Assembly (NCBI GenBank): GCA_034780895.1
Contig: JAUZTB010000070.1
Coordinates: forward strand, 5,639,353 to 5,699,837
Length of the DNA stretch: 60,485 nt
Direction: 5' to 3'
DNA from: Rhynchobatus australiae
Taxonomy: Eukaryota
Shown: positions 1 through 14,608 of the stretch, one piece after another
How the letters are laid out: each line of letters starts with the position of its first letter
Numbering within the stretch: position 1 is the first letter of the stretch
The notes under the pieces: model-generated
Told to the model about the DNA's origin: nothing
Database searches by the model: none
The model's input: only the letters and a program-made list of their open reading frames with translations
Position numbers and translations under genes: made by a program

Positions 1-984
1 TCTGGCAACTAGTGCTAGAGAAACCCAGGTACTTATGCTAGGCCCCTGATGGGGCTCAGGTGTGTGTCATTATGCAAGCAGTCCAGCATGGAATCCATGT
101 GCTGTACAACAAGACATCAAAGGAGCCAAAGTGAGGGCCAGTACTTGGAACCATGACATGTAGCTGCTTTCCTTCAGACACCGACGGCCCTGCTGTGAAG
201 TTCCAGCACTTTGTCCTTATTTATGTCCAGATATTACAGGGCTGCTTCACAGGGATGTCAGCTGCCCACACTACTGAATCACATCAGGTTCAGCAGGATA
301 CTGGATGCCATATCCTCTCTGAGGGACACCGACTCAATATTAAAGACAGGTCGCCTGCTATTTGCACTTGGAGTTCACAGTCCCAAGCAGTAAAGGAGGC
401 TGCTAAAGCAGCCATTGATGAGTAGAGGGTCCAGCCGGGTCCCTAATGGCAGGCTGTAGTTGTTGTTTACCAGCAGTCAGTCGATTGAAGCCTGCTCTAT
501 GCCAAGTGATGCAAACCACAGCAATCGACACAACACTGAGGAGACTGAGTGGAGTGGCTGCATTTAACCTTTCACGTGGCTCAGTGGTGCAATCTCTGAA
601 AACATTCTAAAGCAATTCAGGTGGTGTGAGTTACTGAGCGATGCAGGACTGGGGCTGTGTGGGCAATCATGTTGTGACACAGTAAAAAGCTTCCAATCAA
701 AATCACCCGTTAATTTGTTTGGAGTGAAGTGATCCGAGGAGCAAGTGTTGACCACATAGAGCTCACAGGTCATCCAGAGCTGAGTGGAATATGTGTGTGA
801 GGAGGATCTAGACTAAGCCAAAGACCACAGTTGCTTATTATCTAGGGTCAGATGTGAAGTATGCCCATTGGGTGAGGCGCTGTGTTACCAAACTGATGAA
901 GGAGCACGATAGCATCGTCAGTGGAGGAGAGAGCTTCAAAAATGAAATCAGATCTCTGTCCTGTGCTTCCTGATGGGTGATTTC

Positions 985-1180
985 CCAGATGTGGGTTGGT
1001 AGGCCAGAGTGGTGGGTAAATTGCCCCTAGTGTGAACATGGGCGATAGAATCTGGGGCATGTTGATGGGAATGTGAGATTAAAGTACGGAATTAATGTAG
1101 GATTAGTGTAAATGGGTGGTGTGGGCTCGATGGGCCAAAGGGCCTGTTTCTGTGCTGTATCACTGTACGACTCTTTGAAT
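985..1180 (+). mobile_element. 3' part of a SINE with CR1-like tail
   Basis: taaattgcccctagtgtg...gggccaaagggcctgtttctgtgctgtat; tail shared with other SINE/CR1 copies in the window. Confidence 0.6.
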
Positions 1181-1794
1181 CTATGACTTGTCATTGTAGA
1201 CTCCTGGGTCTCAGTATTTAGAAAGTTCAAAAATTGTACAGTCTGTACTCAACTTAGCAGACCAACCTGCACGCCTGCGGGAACAGGGAGGAAACACATG
1301 CAGTCACAGGGAGAGTGTGCAAACTCCACACAAGCCTTTAGATATCACTGGTTATCCCTCAGTAGTGCAAGAGATTTTACCAATATCGTATCAGGGATGG
1401 GGCACTGGAGGATTGGAGATTCTAGGATTGATTTCCTTATAGATCCCAAGAAAGAACGGTCCTAACACTGACCTTAGGTTATCTCTTTGCATCAACCAGA
1501 GAAATATCCATTCACTACCTTAGCCAAATTCACAGCCATCTTCCCTTTCCCCCCCTCATGCTTCTATTTCCAATACGCAGTAGGTGTATTATTAGATTCT
1601 TTATCTTGTGCCTCAACCCACAGTACTGGAGAGCTACCTTCATCAACCCTCTCTGTCCAGCAAAGAACTCACTCAGGTTAGTCTAATGGAATGTGTTTTA
1701 TCCAGCCTTGATTCTCACATTATTAGAGTGGTTATTCTTGGTTGCCCTGAGGTCACAGAAAACACAGTGCTGTGCAAGCATTTAGTCATCCTTA

Positions 1795-2043
<249 letters not shown>

Positions 2044-3719
2044 TCAGGAGCAGAAAGAAGGGGTTAAAGAAACATTAACCATGTCATACGCCTTTTCACA
2101 AATTGTTGCTCTGCTGTGACCTGGATTTCCATCGAGGTTACCAGGCTGGGGTTTGAATAAGTATCAAAGAAATGTGTTGATTATTTCAATGGGGTGAGAA
2201 TTAATTTATTTGAAGTAGACATCACGAGAATTAGGTGTGGGACAGAAAGGAAGAGAAGGGGTTGCTGACAGGTTTAGGTAAGATTAGTTGGACCAAGCAA
2301 TCTGTTTCAGTGGTGCCAATCCTGTCTAATCTCTGTAATTCAACATCAAATTGGCCAGGTGAGAAGTTTCAAGAGCAGAGTAGGGGTAAACTGCTGAAGC
2401 TCTTAAATTGGTTGGAACTTTCCAGCTGTAAATGAGTCACAGATAATTGTGTCAGTGTCCTTCCACCGACACAGGCTCGCTGTTAGCAGCCGATACAAAA
2501 ATATACCTTACAACTCTTTGCTAATGAGNNNNNNNNNNTGCGGCACCGCTACCCTCAGATCTCACTGCATAATCATCTAATTGAAGAGCTTCCAATTAAT
2601 TTACCAGCAGCAAATTAAGCTGAGAAGGAGCCTTGCCAGTTATAACTATTAGAACCATGTGTTCAAATTTCCTAGTCACAGGGAGTGGCTCAGTGCATCA
2701 TTATGGAACACTATCTCCTGAAACTAAGTTTACATTCTGCACTCAAGCCCACCTCCAACTCTACCTGTGTCTTGGATCTGACCCAATCAGGCACAAGAGC
2801 TCGTGAAGCAACAAACAACGTGTGGTGGAACTCAGCGGGTCGAGCAGTGTCTGCGGGAGGAAAGGGAGTGTCGATGTTTCCCGTCAAAATTTGCAAGAGG
2901 ATCCCAGTATCTGCGGTCTCTTGAGTCTACAAGAAATTGTGTGAAGTTGAACCCAAACAACCTCCGGCTTGTTTTAATGCAAGCTGATATGAGGGGCTAC
3001 AACAGCTGCAATCAATGAAAGCAGGAAAGCCGAGTTCCTCAGATGAATTTTAAACACCTGCAAGAAGCCCCAATATCTGCCAGAATTTTCACTAGGTAAA
3101 GGCTTACATGAGACACCACAACAATGTACAACTTCTGTCCCTATGAACAACAATAGGGAAGCAGTTGCATGGATCAATCATCCAGGTACTTGGATGAAGA
3201 AAAACTGGAGATGCCAATGCATATCCCACCATGGTCCAGTGATGTATTTTTATCCTCCCTCCTCTGCTCTCGTTCTCGTTCCTCTCCCTCCATTTTCAAC
3301 TCCTTCAGACAGAGCAGCTCTGATGAGCAAACCTTCACTGCCCTTTCTCAGCGTTTGCAATACTCCATCACTGCATCACCACCCTCCCACAGACACTCCC
3401 TTTCCATATAACATTTTATAATCCAGCCCGTACATTACGTACAGCCCAGAACTAATGGAAACACCTAATGTTTGTATGTTTGTAATGCACTGTACTGTGC
3501 TGCTGCAATACAGTTAATTTTCATGGCATTTAGACTCTGGGCATGCATGCCCATGACAATAAACTTGAATTTGAACTTAACAAAAATTCAGACCATTCGG
3601 CTCCTCAGAATAAATACCCGCTCACAAAGCATTTCCATTCCTCTATTGATTTTCCCCTTGTTCTCTAAGACACTCCCATTCTCTGCAACTTAAACACATG
3701 CTTGTTTTCTACCTTTTCC

Positions 3720-3820
3720 GGATTCTGATGAAATATCATCCAACTGAAACATTAATTCTGTTTCTCTCTCTGTAGATGCTGCCTGATCTGCTGAGTATTT
3801 CCAACATTTTCTGTTTTTAA
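3720..3820 (+). mobile_element. Penelope-derived terminal-repeat fragment with hammerhead-like core
   Basis: CTGATGA(3725-3731)...GAAACATT followed by the agatgctgcctgatctgctgagt block shared with other copies. Confidence 0.6.
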
Positions 3821-3924
3821 TTTTGTATAAAGTTTCCCGAACTCTGAATGAAAACAACACACATGAAATGATAAACTGAAATGAGCATCTTGAGGTCCAT
3901 TCAGGTGCCCCTTGTAACACCTTA

Positions 3925-4245
3925 GAAGGGGTTTGGATGGAGCAAGTCGGGAGAAACTGATTCCTCTGTCAACTGGGTCAGGAGCCAGAGGTGGCAGTTT
4001 ATTGGCAGAATAACAAGACAGGGGTGGGGAGAAATGAGGAGGAGCAATTTCAAGAGAGAGTTATGATCTGGAATTCACTACCTGAGATCTGTTGGGGTCA
4101 GATACTACAGGAAGTTTTAAAGGGGAATTGGATGTGTATATAAAAATGGAGGAAGAACTGGAAAAGGGACTAAATTGGATAAATATCGACAAGCTGGTGC
4201 AGATGTATTAGGCCAAGTGGCCTCTTCCTGTGCTGTGTGATTCTA
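3925..4245 (+). mobile_element. Degenerate CR1-type LINE 3' end
   Basis: tggaattcactacct...ggccaagtggcctcttcctgtgctgt similar to better-preserved CR1 tails. Confidence 0.55.
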
Positions 4246-7200
4246 AGATCTTGTGGCTGATAGGGCAGGACAGTCTAGAACTAGTGGAAAAGCCACCTGA
4301 TATCAAGAGCCCCATTGATTGCAATTATATGCTGTTTTTGAGATGAATTGTTATATGCAATGCAGCTTCAGCTGCGTTTTACTTTCAAACCATTGGCACT
4401 TGGCTCTGATTTTACACCAGCTATTCTCAGTACTGTGATGGTGCATTTCCAGAAGCGATAATGAGGTATTGTTTTATTGAGCACTAAGTGATGTGGAGCA
4501 ATAAAAAGACACACCACCAATGAAGCCAGTACCGTCAAGAAACATGGAAAATCCCACTTCTTGGTTTAACCCAGTTATGCACCCACTCATGCTCCACATC
4601 GACTTCATCCACTAACTCTGGCTGCACTTGTCCCAGGAGGCTTCATCACCTGATCTCCTGCCAATATCCACCTCACCTCTCACCATCGGTTAACCAACAC
4701 ATCTACATCCATGACCATACATTTGGAATGTTATTGGCTGATTTCGTTTTTAAGTCATTTTTCAGCACCAAGGCAAGCATTTATTGTTCACTCCTAATTG
4801 CCCATGAGAAGGTTGTGGTGAGCCACCTTCTTGAAGCACTGCAGTCCTTTGGGTGAAGGTATTCCCACAGTGCTGTTGAGTGGGAATTCCAGGATTCAGA
4901 CCCATGAAAGAATATATTTCCAAAGCAGGATGTTGTGTAACTTCAAGCTGAACCTGCAGGTGGGGCTGTTGTGATGTGCCTGAAGCCCTTGTCCTTGGTG
5001 ACAGAGGTTGCAGATTTGGGAAGGACTCAGATGGTTCTTAACTGTCAATCAGACAGCCTTTCACTATTCAATATTTTAAATAAAAAATAAACTAAATTCT
5101 TCAAAGGACAAACTCCCCTCCCCCCCCACAGATTCTTTTAATGTTTTTCTTTGGTTGTCTTGCAGGTGGCTCACAGCAATGTCTTGGGAGATTGCTGGAA
5201 CCCTCAGGATAATCCGGCTCGTCGAAGACGTTAACGTTCTTGGACATTCACCTCCCATCCTGGATTGGCACCCACACTCATCAGCGCTCTCAGCCATTTG
5301 TAAAGCACAAATACGGGTCCGATTTTCTTGTTGTGAATCTCCTATGTTTGGGGAAGTCTGGGGCACTGACTGTAAAATAGACATCACAGACAGTGGTCTG
5401 TAACGTTCACCATGGGAAGGTGGTCCCTGTGTAGTGAAGAGGAAAAACAGGGAGGTACAAGGAATGTGTTCACTCTCACTCCATTTGTATAGGGGCATTG
5501 TTGCCAAAACCAGTTCTGGAATATAAAGCAGCACTAATCTCCTGAGAAAAGCCTTTTGTTACATTGCTTCTTGCTGTTCCCTTTCAACGGCTAAATCTAC
5601 CAGAACTACAGAACCTTATGCACCCAACTTCTGCCTTTGCTGCAACAGTTCTGTTCTTGTATAGTTCAGGGCTCATGACAACCTTTCTTCACTTAAGCTT
5701 ATAATTCACTTCCACTTCTAAAGTTAGCTAGGCAGACTGGTACTGAGGGCATTCAACGTGTGGGACCTTCAATTGAGACATTAATCAAGGATTATCCATT
5801 CAGTTGGGATTAGTTCAGTGTGTCCTGATCAACAGTCCTTTCTGGAAAAAACCCAGGTCAAGGAAACCTATCTCCTGGCAGTGCCAAAGCAGGTGGTCTT
5901 ATTTTGGATAACTGTGCCTGAAATACGGTACTCCCCAGGAAACCAGAGCAGAGTACAGTCCATCTCCTACTATTGTCCTCTCACTCATTCCTCCGCCATC
6001 CATTTCCTCCTTCCCTAAAACATAAATATGGAAGTTTGACGATTGTATCTGGATGATTCTGGATTGCTCCAGCATGCGCAATCAATCATCCATGGGTATG
6101 AGCCCTTGGAGTATGCAGCAAAGGCTACACAACAGACATCAGGATGATCATAAAAGTTCAGGACGTTAAGATGTAGGGAACGGATTGACACATCCAGGCA
6201 TTGACAGTGCTGGGATGCTTGGCCAGTGGATTTCTGCACAGTTTGGCTGCTGTTCTCCCCTAATGAACAATACCACCCACAAAACCTTTCAGGACTTCAA
6301 GGACATTAAAGGCAATAGCTAAACATAAATTCTTTCAGAGCATGTTGCTGCAAGTATTATCTCAGATGACCGGGCCTGGCAAACAGACTACCAGCCTTAA
6401 CTTCCCAGTGTCATGTAATGAGCATCACTTCAGTCGGGTACCAGAAGGGTGATGGTTCATTTGGCATCTTCAGAGAATGAATGAAGAAATTGGCCAGAAT
6501 GTGCCAAGAAAGGAAAGTGAAAGGAAGAACAAACAAAGTGCTTTACTTCTAAGATGTTACTGGGAAAAAATTAATTCATAACAGTCCACGCTTCAGGCCA
6601 GCCACATAGCAATATAAAGCAGTGTGGTGTTCCAATAAGGAACAGCACTTCTCTCTGAATATAGTTGTGCCAAACATGAAATAATGGACAAACTAAAGAC
6701 CTCAGGCTCAACAGCCTTCAAGGAGTTAATGGAGAGTCATCAAAGGTCATCTGAAACCAATATTCTGCCTCCCCACCATAAACGAAAGCCAATTTTAGTC
6801 TGTGTCATTTGCTAAATTGATTGGGGCCCAGTACATTACTATATTGCCCCATAGCATGTTTTTTCAAAAGCTGAGTGTTCCAATTCATCATCCATATTAT
6901 GATGCACGACCTGATCCCTACAAGCTTCCTCTGTCATGGCTAAGTAATTTCCAAGCCTGGCCCAGAATGGCCATTGGCTATAATTACTTGCGCCTCCAAG
7001 ATAATCAATTCCCTGACTGACAAAAGGTTCCTCATTACATTTTCCCAGAAATATACAGCGTAAATCACACAGAAATTAGTTGTGTGATAGATCAGTGAAA
7101 CTTTAAAAGATAGTCTGAGCTTTTCTGTGTTGTCAGCTTGCTTCTTCACACTGAAAGAAACCTCGCCATTGATTTCCATTGCTTCTCTGTTTAGAAGTAC

Positions 7201-8429
7201 TTTAGTAAAAGGTGATGCACATTCCTCAGCAATGACAAACTGGATTTAACAGGATACTGTCTTCAGGACACAAAACAGGCATTGTCATGATGGAGGAAAC
7301 ATTGGGAATCCTTGGCGTGGTAACTGATGATTGGAGGAGAGGTGCACCCCAGCACCTTGCACCTTTAAATGTTTTTTTTTTAGCATGGGTCCCGAAATGG
7401 AGTAGGGAGGTGGGAGACATGCCTATTTTCACAGGTGGACACACTGTTCTTGGCAGGAGTGGGCATCTGGACCCACTGCTCTGTACATCAATGCAAAATA
7501 AGTCACGCAAGTGTATTGCAGGGTTCTGAGCGGGAGTGGAGGGCAAACTTTGTTCTTATAACAAACAGGTTGGAAAGCTTGGCTACCGTGGTGAAAAACT
7601 GTTCTAAGTAGCGTCTTTTGATTATACAGTGGTCTCAATGTTGTTACACAGAACGTCATTACTGTTTTCTCCCTGCCCCTTCATTTGTAGCCCAATTTTT
7701 CGATGAGTCTCTATGGCCACTGGGGTCTGGTGGGCAATTTAGTTGGCTTCCTCAAATCTAGTGGTCCAAATCATGCTGGAAAAGTAACAAGCCCAGAAAT
7801 TCCAGTGCATCCTGAAGGTCCTCTGGATTGTGAAATAGTGGCTGTTTTGCCACAGTCACTTCAGGCTGGGCACTGCCTATTTTGTGGACTAAATCATATT
7901 GTCCAGTCCTTGTCTCCCAAGGCTGGGCGAAGGATTTTAAGCCAGTGGCTAAGGGACAGGGGTGGGGGTGGGGATGAAGCAAAGAAACCAACATTCTTAT
8001 TAGACGATTGGAAGAGAATGAATTAACACTACTTGGGGATTGATATTGGTTTGGATTCAGGAATGAGGTCAACACAGTGCCAGGGATGGGGCAATTGACT
8101 ACAGATGCAATTAATGCTTACTTGCAGACTTGGTGCTGTGGGGTGCAGGTTCCCTATTATTATTATCATAATCCCTATTATTATCATCATAAAAGAGTGG
8201 TGCAGGGGAATGATGTCATCCCAAGGGTCCTGACGTGGAAAATTGGGTCAGAGTAACTCTGGATGAATTTTCTATTGGCGTGATTTGACCCGGAAATGGT
8301 TGCAAATGAAACTCACTCTGGGTCAAATCAATTTTCAATCTCTTAATGAAGAAAGAAACTGGAAAANNNNNNNNNNGAGTGGTATTAGTAACACTGGCTG
8401 ATTTTTACTTTTAGTGAAGCAACATACTT

Positions 8430-8610
8430 CAGATGCTGGAGATCTGAAACAAAAACTGCCAGAAATACTCAGTCGCTCAGGCAGCACCAGCGGAGATGGA
8501 AAGAGAGTCAGTGTTTCAGGCGCATGACACTTCGTCAGATGACTTTGTCTCTTTCCCCACACATGCGACCTGACTCTACTGAGTATTTCCGGCACTTTCT
8601 ATTTTTTCAC
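8430..8610. mobile_element. Palindromic Penelope-derived element
   Basis: Arms gaaatactcagt...caggcagca and gacctgactctactgagtatttc; minus-strand CTGACGA...GAAA. Confidence 0.6.
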
Positions 8611-11079
8611 TTTAAGGCTGTCACCTCTCAAGGATTGTTTCTAACCAACTGCTCTCTGGGTTGCTTTGTAGAAAGCTCCAGAGATAGTCTATGAAGAACA
8701 CTTGAATAAACTATACACTTTGTTTAAACTCCTAACATCTTATGTGTAAAAAGTATGTACATTTCTCAATGGACTTCATTAAATGTTAAGAACCAACTGA
8801 GTAAACATACTCTGCACAATGGGATCAAAATTTCTTGCAGTGTTGTCTTAAAGAAGCATATCATTGTTGATGTACAAATTATCAGCCAGTTCAGAGCTGA
8901 AGAAGTACGTTATGCGTTGCCAATCTACAAAGCTCATTGGTTAATTGATCCCTCTCCTCCACCTGCTTCACACAAACAGCAGTTCTCCATCAACAATGCA
9001 CTTTACAGCTGAAGGATGCTGGAGAAAGTTTCACTAATGAGGCATGCCTCAAGATGCTCTGCTCAAGAAAAGTCCAGCCCTCGAACCCCTAGCTTCACAG
9101 TGAGTAATCCTCCTCTCAAACCCTCCCTGCCTCCTGTCTGCTGTCTGCTCCTGACCTTTTTGTAGATTGCTCCAATAATTTTCAAAGTTCAGTTGCTTCA
9201 AGATTCACAGTTTGCTAAAACTCATTCACAAGAGTTTTAATCTTTAATCCTCTCAGTTTCAATTTTCTTCCTTTCCTTCTAAAATCTGCAACCCTCGAAA
9301 ACCTAAACTTGGTCCGGCTAACTACTGCTTACAATTTGCTACACTATCTCTCCTGATGCCAATGTAATCATGCCCAAGAATGTGACTCCCTTCTCCCAAG
9401 TACCTCAATAAAAGAGAGAAAAAAAAACTGCAACTAGATTTATGTTGTATCACATATTGACGCATGACTTCTCTCTTATTTACTTTTGGAACATCTTGTT
9501 TGTCATTGTTATGGCTTTGCAGATTTTGTTTTTGGCATATAGCTCTTGATTTGTTTCTTAACATCTCCACACGAGGGACGGCAATGGGAACTTAAGGTAA
9601 ATGCCATTTCGTAAATAATGACTGAAAGATGAGATGCTCCTGGAATACTGAGGCTGCAGAGGCACTGACCTATGAGTAGNNNNNNNNNNNNNNNNNNNNN
9701 NNNNNNNNNNNNNNNNNNNNNNNNNNNNNNNNNNNNNNNNNNNNNNNNNNNNNNNNNNNNNNNNNNNNNNNNNNNNNNNGTTTAACCACAAATAGCCCTG
9801 AGGTCATTTAATGACAACTTTTCTGTTAAGGTCAATGGCATAATGATGGATCAGTCATCTCATGAGAATATAGGAACATTCCTTTCAACAAATGCCATAA
9901 TTAAGGACCCAATTAGAAGCATGGTGGTATATTAGGCCAGGAATTCATGTACTGGCAGCAAAATATGGCAGAAGGAATAAAAATAGAAAATGCCGGAAAA
10001 AAAGTGCAATTTTTCCCCCCTTTAAATTAGATTGTTCAAACCTCCAACAGTACAACAGTGGAACACAATAGTGCAGCTGGAGGGTAAACTCGGATTTTGC
10101 ATAATGTGTCAGCTGTACCACTATTTCATTAAAACTATTTTAATCAGTTTCTTTAAGACTGATCTCAGTCTTAATTAAAATGATCGGAATATTTCCCATT
10201 CCTCTCTCTCATTCTGTGTGCCACCTTGAATGTTCTCGAATGCCAGTGATCATTAAAACAGCTGTCCAAAAACATGCTTGATAAAATTAAACTCCAGCAG
10301 TAACAAGCTCCTTCTATTCATTCCCTGTGTCACAGGATATTCTGAATCAATGCTGCGAGAAGTCAGGTTCAGAGAGAATTCAGAAAAGATTTGACAATGA
10401 ATTAAATTTGCAGCAAATAAAGCTTACATCTCACCAGCCTGGTAGTTCAATATTTAAGAGAGACTGATCCCACATGGGCACTCTNNNNNNNNNNNNNNNN
10501 NNNNNNNNNNNNNNNNNNNNNNNNNNNNNNNNNNNNNNNNNNNNNNNNNNNNNNNNNNNNNNNNNNNNNNNNNNNNNNNNNNNNNNNNNNNNNNNNNNNN
10601 NNNNNNNNNNNNNNNNNNNNNNNNNNNNNNNNNNNNNNNNNNNNNNNNNNNNNNNNNNNNNNNNNNNNNNNNNNNNNNNNNNNNNNNNNNNNNNNNNNNN
10701 NNNNNNNNNNNNNNNNNNNNNNNNNNNNNNNNNNNNNNNNNNNNNNNNNNNNNNNNNNNNNNNNNNNNNNNNNNNNNNNNNNNNNNNNNNNNNNNNNNNN
10801 NNNNNNNNNNNNNNNNNNNNNNNNNNNNNNNNNNNNNNNNNNNNNNNNNNNNNNNNNNNNNNNNNNNNNNNNNNNNNNNNNNNNNNNNNNNNNNNNNNNN
10901 NNNNNNNNNNNNNNNNNNNNNNNNNNNNNNNNNNNNNNNNNNNNNNNNNNNNNNNNNNNNNNNNNNNNNNNNNNNNNNNNNNNNNNNNNNNNNNNNNNNN
11001 NNNNNNNNNNNNNNNNNNNNNNNNNNNNNNNNNNNNNNNNNNNNNNNNNNNNNNNNNNNNNNNNNNNNNNNNNNNNNNN

Positions 11080-11171
11080 CCCCCCACACACACCCTCAGT
11101 CACACACTGACACACCACATATGCACACACACAGACACACATACACCTACACACACACCCTCACTCACACA

Positions 11172-11210
<39 letters not shown>
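11080..11210. repeat. (CA)n microsatellite next to a gap
   Basis: Directly visible. Confidence 0.95.
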
Positions 11211-11213
<3 letters not shown>

Positions 11214-12477
11214 TCTTGCTGACTCTTGCTGTAGTTGAATATGTGCTGACACCCAGAAATCACATTTTGGAATTTAGCCCAAGTAGCCCTGCTTCATCAG
11301 AAGTTTGCACATGAGGAAGGGCTGGTTATCTGATTCACCTGTCCACCTTGAGCACCTCTGTAGCAGATAGCAGTACTTCTGAACAGGCAAGTGGAACAAA
11401 TAAATACTTAAAAATCAAGAGATATGCATCAGATGCACAAACTTCCTGAATCAGCCATCAGTTTAATTTCAGAGATAAAGTTAATGGGTGGTCTGGATAC
11501 CAAATCTCCAGCAGAATTCCCAAAAAAAAACACCCAAGAAAGACTCAACCTCAGGCCTGTATTCATGGCTTTTCTCGACAATGTTCTGTTCTCCATTGAA
11601 CTGAATAACCAACACTGATAAATAACCAGCTTTGATCAACACAATCAATATTGGACAACAGTGCAAATTGGGAATTCAGAAGTCTTGGAAAATTTACTTA
11701 GGGATGAAGGGGAAGGTGAGAAGGCACAGTGATAGATTCCATTGGATAGAGGAAAGAGTATATAGCAAGGGAAGTGGTGCAATCAAAATCAGACTGTTCT
11801 GAAAACAATACCAGTGTCGAGTATCTCAGCTTTTGGCCTAAAACAAGAACCAATAAGAGTAAGAAAGAGAGATGGAATAATGGGAGCAGAAGAGACAAGA
11901 ATCAAAGGAAAGAGGAAGAGGCTGCTAGTCTCTTGGGCTTGCATGCAGCCAGGAAGACATTTAGTAACCTCAGAAGATCACCAAAGCTACAGCTAATGAT
12001 TGCTAATGAAGATGTTTCATGTATGTTAATACAGAACTTAAAAATGCACAAAAAAATTCCATATAGAATCTGTGAACTGAATAAAATGCCGAGACTCATT
12101 TACATGGAACAACTGCAATATATCATTGGTGAATCTTGAAATATTTACACACCCTTTAAAGAGTCACATTCTCCAAATAATTTTTCCAATATTTGTCAAA
12201 TGCACCATCTTGTGTCTGAAAATACCAAGTATTTTCATTGGATGCAGGAAAATATTACCCCTGAACAGCAATGATGAACCACATGGTTTGGGGAGGATTT
12301 GAACCTGGGTCCCAGGAAGTTCTGTTAATCCATCTGCTGCAACCCCTCAGCAGAAAGTGAGTCTTCAATTGTGGATAGACAGAAAGACAGAAAATCAAAC
12401 TTACACAGAAAAATGGACGATGTCTCAGAGGATCCAAAGCACTGGTTAAAGATCAGACAGTGTGGATTGAATGACCA

Positions 12478-12800
12478 CAGAACCATAGAACAATACAGCA
12501 CAATACAGGCCCTTTGGCTCAACATACCACACCTCACACTGTCTAACCCTTTCCTCCCGCATATCCCTCTATCCCACATTCCTCCATATGCCTATCCAAC
12601 AANNNNNNNNNNNNNNNNNNNNNNNNNNNNNNNNNNNNNNNNNNNNNNNNNNNNNNNNNNNNNNNNNNNNNNNNNNNNNNNNNNNNNNNNNNNNNNNNNN
12701 NNAACTTCAACACATCCTCTCTCTTGATATCTACAACCTCGAGAACATTACCCTTACCAGCACTCCCTTCCACGTCATCTAGACCCCTCTCCCACATCCT
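12478..12800 (-). mobile_element. CR1-type LINE 3' end with internal gap
   Basis: agaaccatagaacaatacagcacaatacaggccctttggc is the reverse complement of the CR1 tail. Confidence 0.65.
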
Positions 12801-12896
12801 CACAAATTTTTCTCTCCCAGGACCTCACAGATTACTTTGGATGTCCCTATTTAGATATCTGAAGATAAGGCCCATGGCAAAATTTTGGAGACTCAC

Positions 12897-13020
12897 CCTC
12901 AATTGGTGCCAAGATAACTCTGGAATGGTCATATGCAATCACGTTGGCGTAGCGGTTTTTGGGTTTGTTCACTTCCATGTTTGAATGTTCCCATGTGAAC
13001 TGCTGGCCAGGATCAATTGA
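12897..13020 (-). CDS. PTPRS: PTP D1 exon, 124 nt: [41 protein letters not shown](G)
   Basis: aatgttttag acceptor, G|gtgagt donor; wedge and KNRY phosphotyrosine-recognition loop; phase 0 to 1. Confidence 0.97.
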
Positions 13021-13929
13021 CTAAAACATTGAAGGGAAGGAGGAAGAAGGAAAGGGAAGTAGAGACAAATGGAAGAAAGATCTTACTATTTGTTCAATTC
13101 AAATATCTTGCCACATTATCAATTTCAATATTCACAATCATATTCTTCATCGTTCCATTCAATTATGATGTAGAATGATTTACTAAAATGTATTATTACT
13201 TCTAAGAGGCTGCTTTTCTTTTTCATTTTACACCCTTCCCATTTAATTTCTTCATTACATTCAAGGAGTAAAATGAGTTGCTGATTTGCTACCAGCCATT
13301 TTGTACCAGTGTTCAAAGTCAGACTATATCACTGACTCAAGAGGACCAGAGCAGAAGTAACGAACAGTCCAAATTTGTTTATGCTTTGTGAGATTAGTGC
13401 TTCCATTTACGTGCAGTGTCATAGCATTGAAGTTTTGCCACTAAGCTGCTTCACAAGGATGTTCTTAAATACTGAGGTAAACCAGTCAGTTAACTGCATG
13501 AAAGTATCTGCATTCAACGTATCCTGATAGAACCAGGATGCATTCACTGGAGCCTGGTATCATTTTACATTAATGTACAAAAAGTCATTGACAAAGGGGA
13601 AACCTTCCATTAAAATACTCAATGTACTGATCCCAATCTTTCACACTAAATTGGCTTCAAGCATGTGNNNNNNNNNNNNNNNNNNNNNNNNNNNNNNNNN
13701 NNNNNNNNNNNNNNNNNNNNNNNNNNNNNNNNNNNNNNNNNNNNNNNNNNNNNNNNNNNNNNNNNNNGCATGTGTTTGTACTATAAATGGGAATTACAAT
13801 GTTCTTCAAAGAACAGGTTAAATACAACTGTTATGATCTATAAACTAGATGTGGAAGAAGCTAGTTAGAAAGGCTTGATCCCATTAGCCTTTTAATAAAA
13901 GATGCCTGCAAGCCCAAAAAGAGAATTGA

Positions 13930-14245
13930 ATCATACTGTACAAAAGGAGGCCATTCAACCCATTGTACCGATGCCAGCACTTTGAAAATTAGGTCCCACA
14001 CTCGGCTTTTAACCTAAATTAGCTTTTCTGACATACTTGGCCAATTATCTCCCAAAATTTCTAATGGAATCTGATTCCAACATGCTTTCGAATAGAGCAT
14101 TCCAAGTCAGAACCAATGTCTTTATTAAATAATTTCACTTCAATTTCCCTCCTGTTTTTCTGCCAATTATTTTAAACCTATGACTTTTACTTTTTGACAC
14201 ACTTGGAGGAAGTTTCCACCCACTTGCTCTGTGAAAACCCATCAT
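13930..14245 (-). mobile_element. Degenerate CR1-type LINE 3' end
   Basis: aaaaggaggccattcaacccat...gagcattccaag...attttaaacctatg. Confidence 0.5.
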
Positions 14246-14608
14246 GATGTATTGTTAAGGACAGCAGCATTTTAACTGAGTGAATCTTAACACTTTTGCC
14301 TCAATGTTTTATTCCATGAGCATTATATTCATCAATATGACAGGTGTAAGGGAAAGTGGCTCCAGCAAGTTTAAGTGGTTAGATGTGGAATGAAATTCAC
14401 CCTTTCTGCTGCAACAATATGCGGCAGCTTCAAAGCTCTCACATTGATTCCATTTCCCAAGGCAACCAATTTGTGGTGACTCTCTGTCAAACTTGGGGCA
14501 GTAGCCTGCTGTTGAATGAACTCCCCTGACTTGAGATTGCTTTAAGTTCATTACACAAACCTTGAGTCTCCTACGACTTTTACTGCAATACCTAAGAATA
14601 TAAAGTGG

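Noticed and set aside
5076-5534. 152-aa minus-strand ORF with a good acceptor at 5427
   Set aside because: Phase 0 does not fit the phase-1 upstream donor at 12897; no recognisable homology
10431-11238. Long ORFs in the track (also 48973-49973 and 21461-21841)
   Set aside because: They run through N gaps
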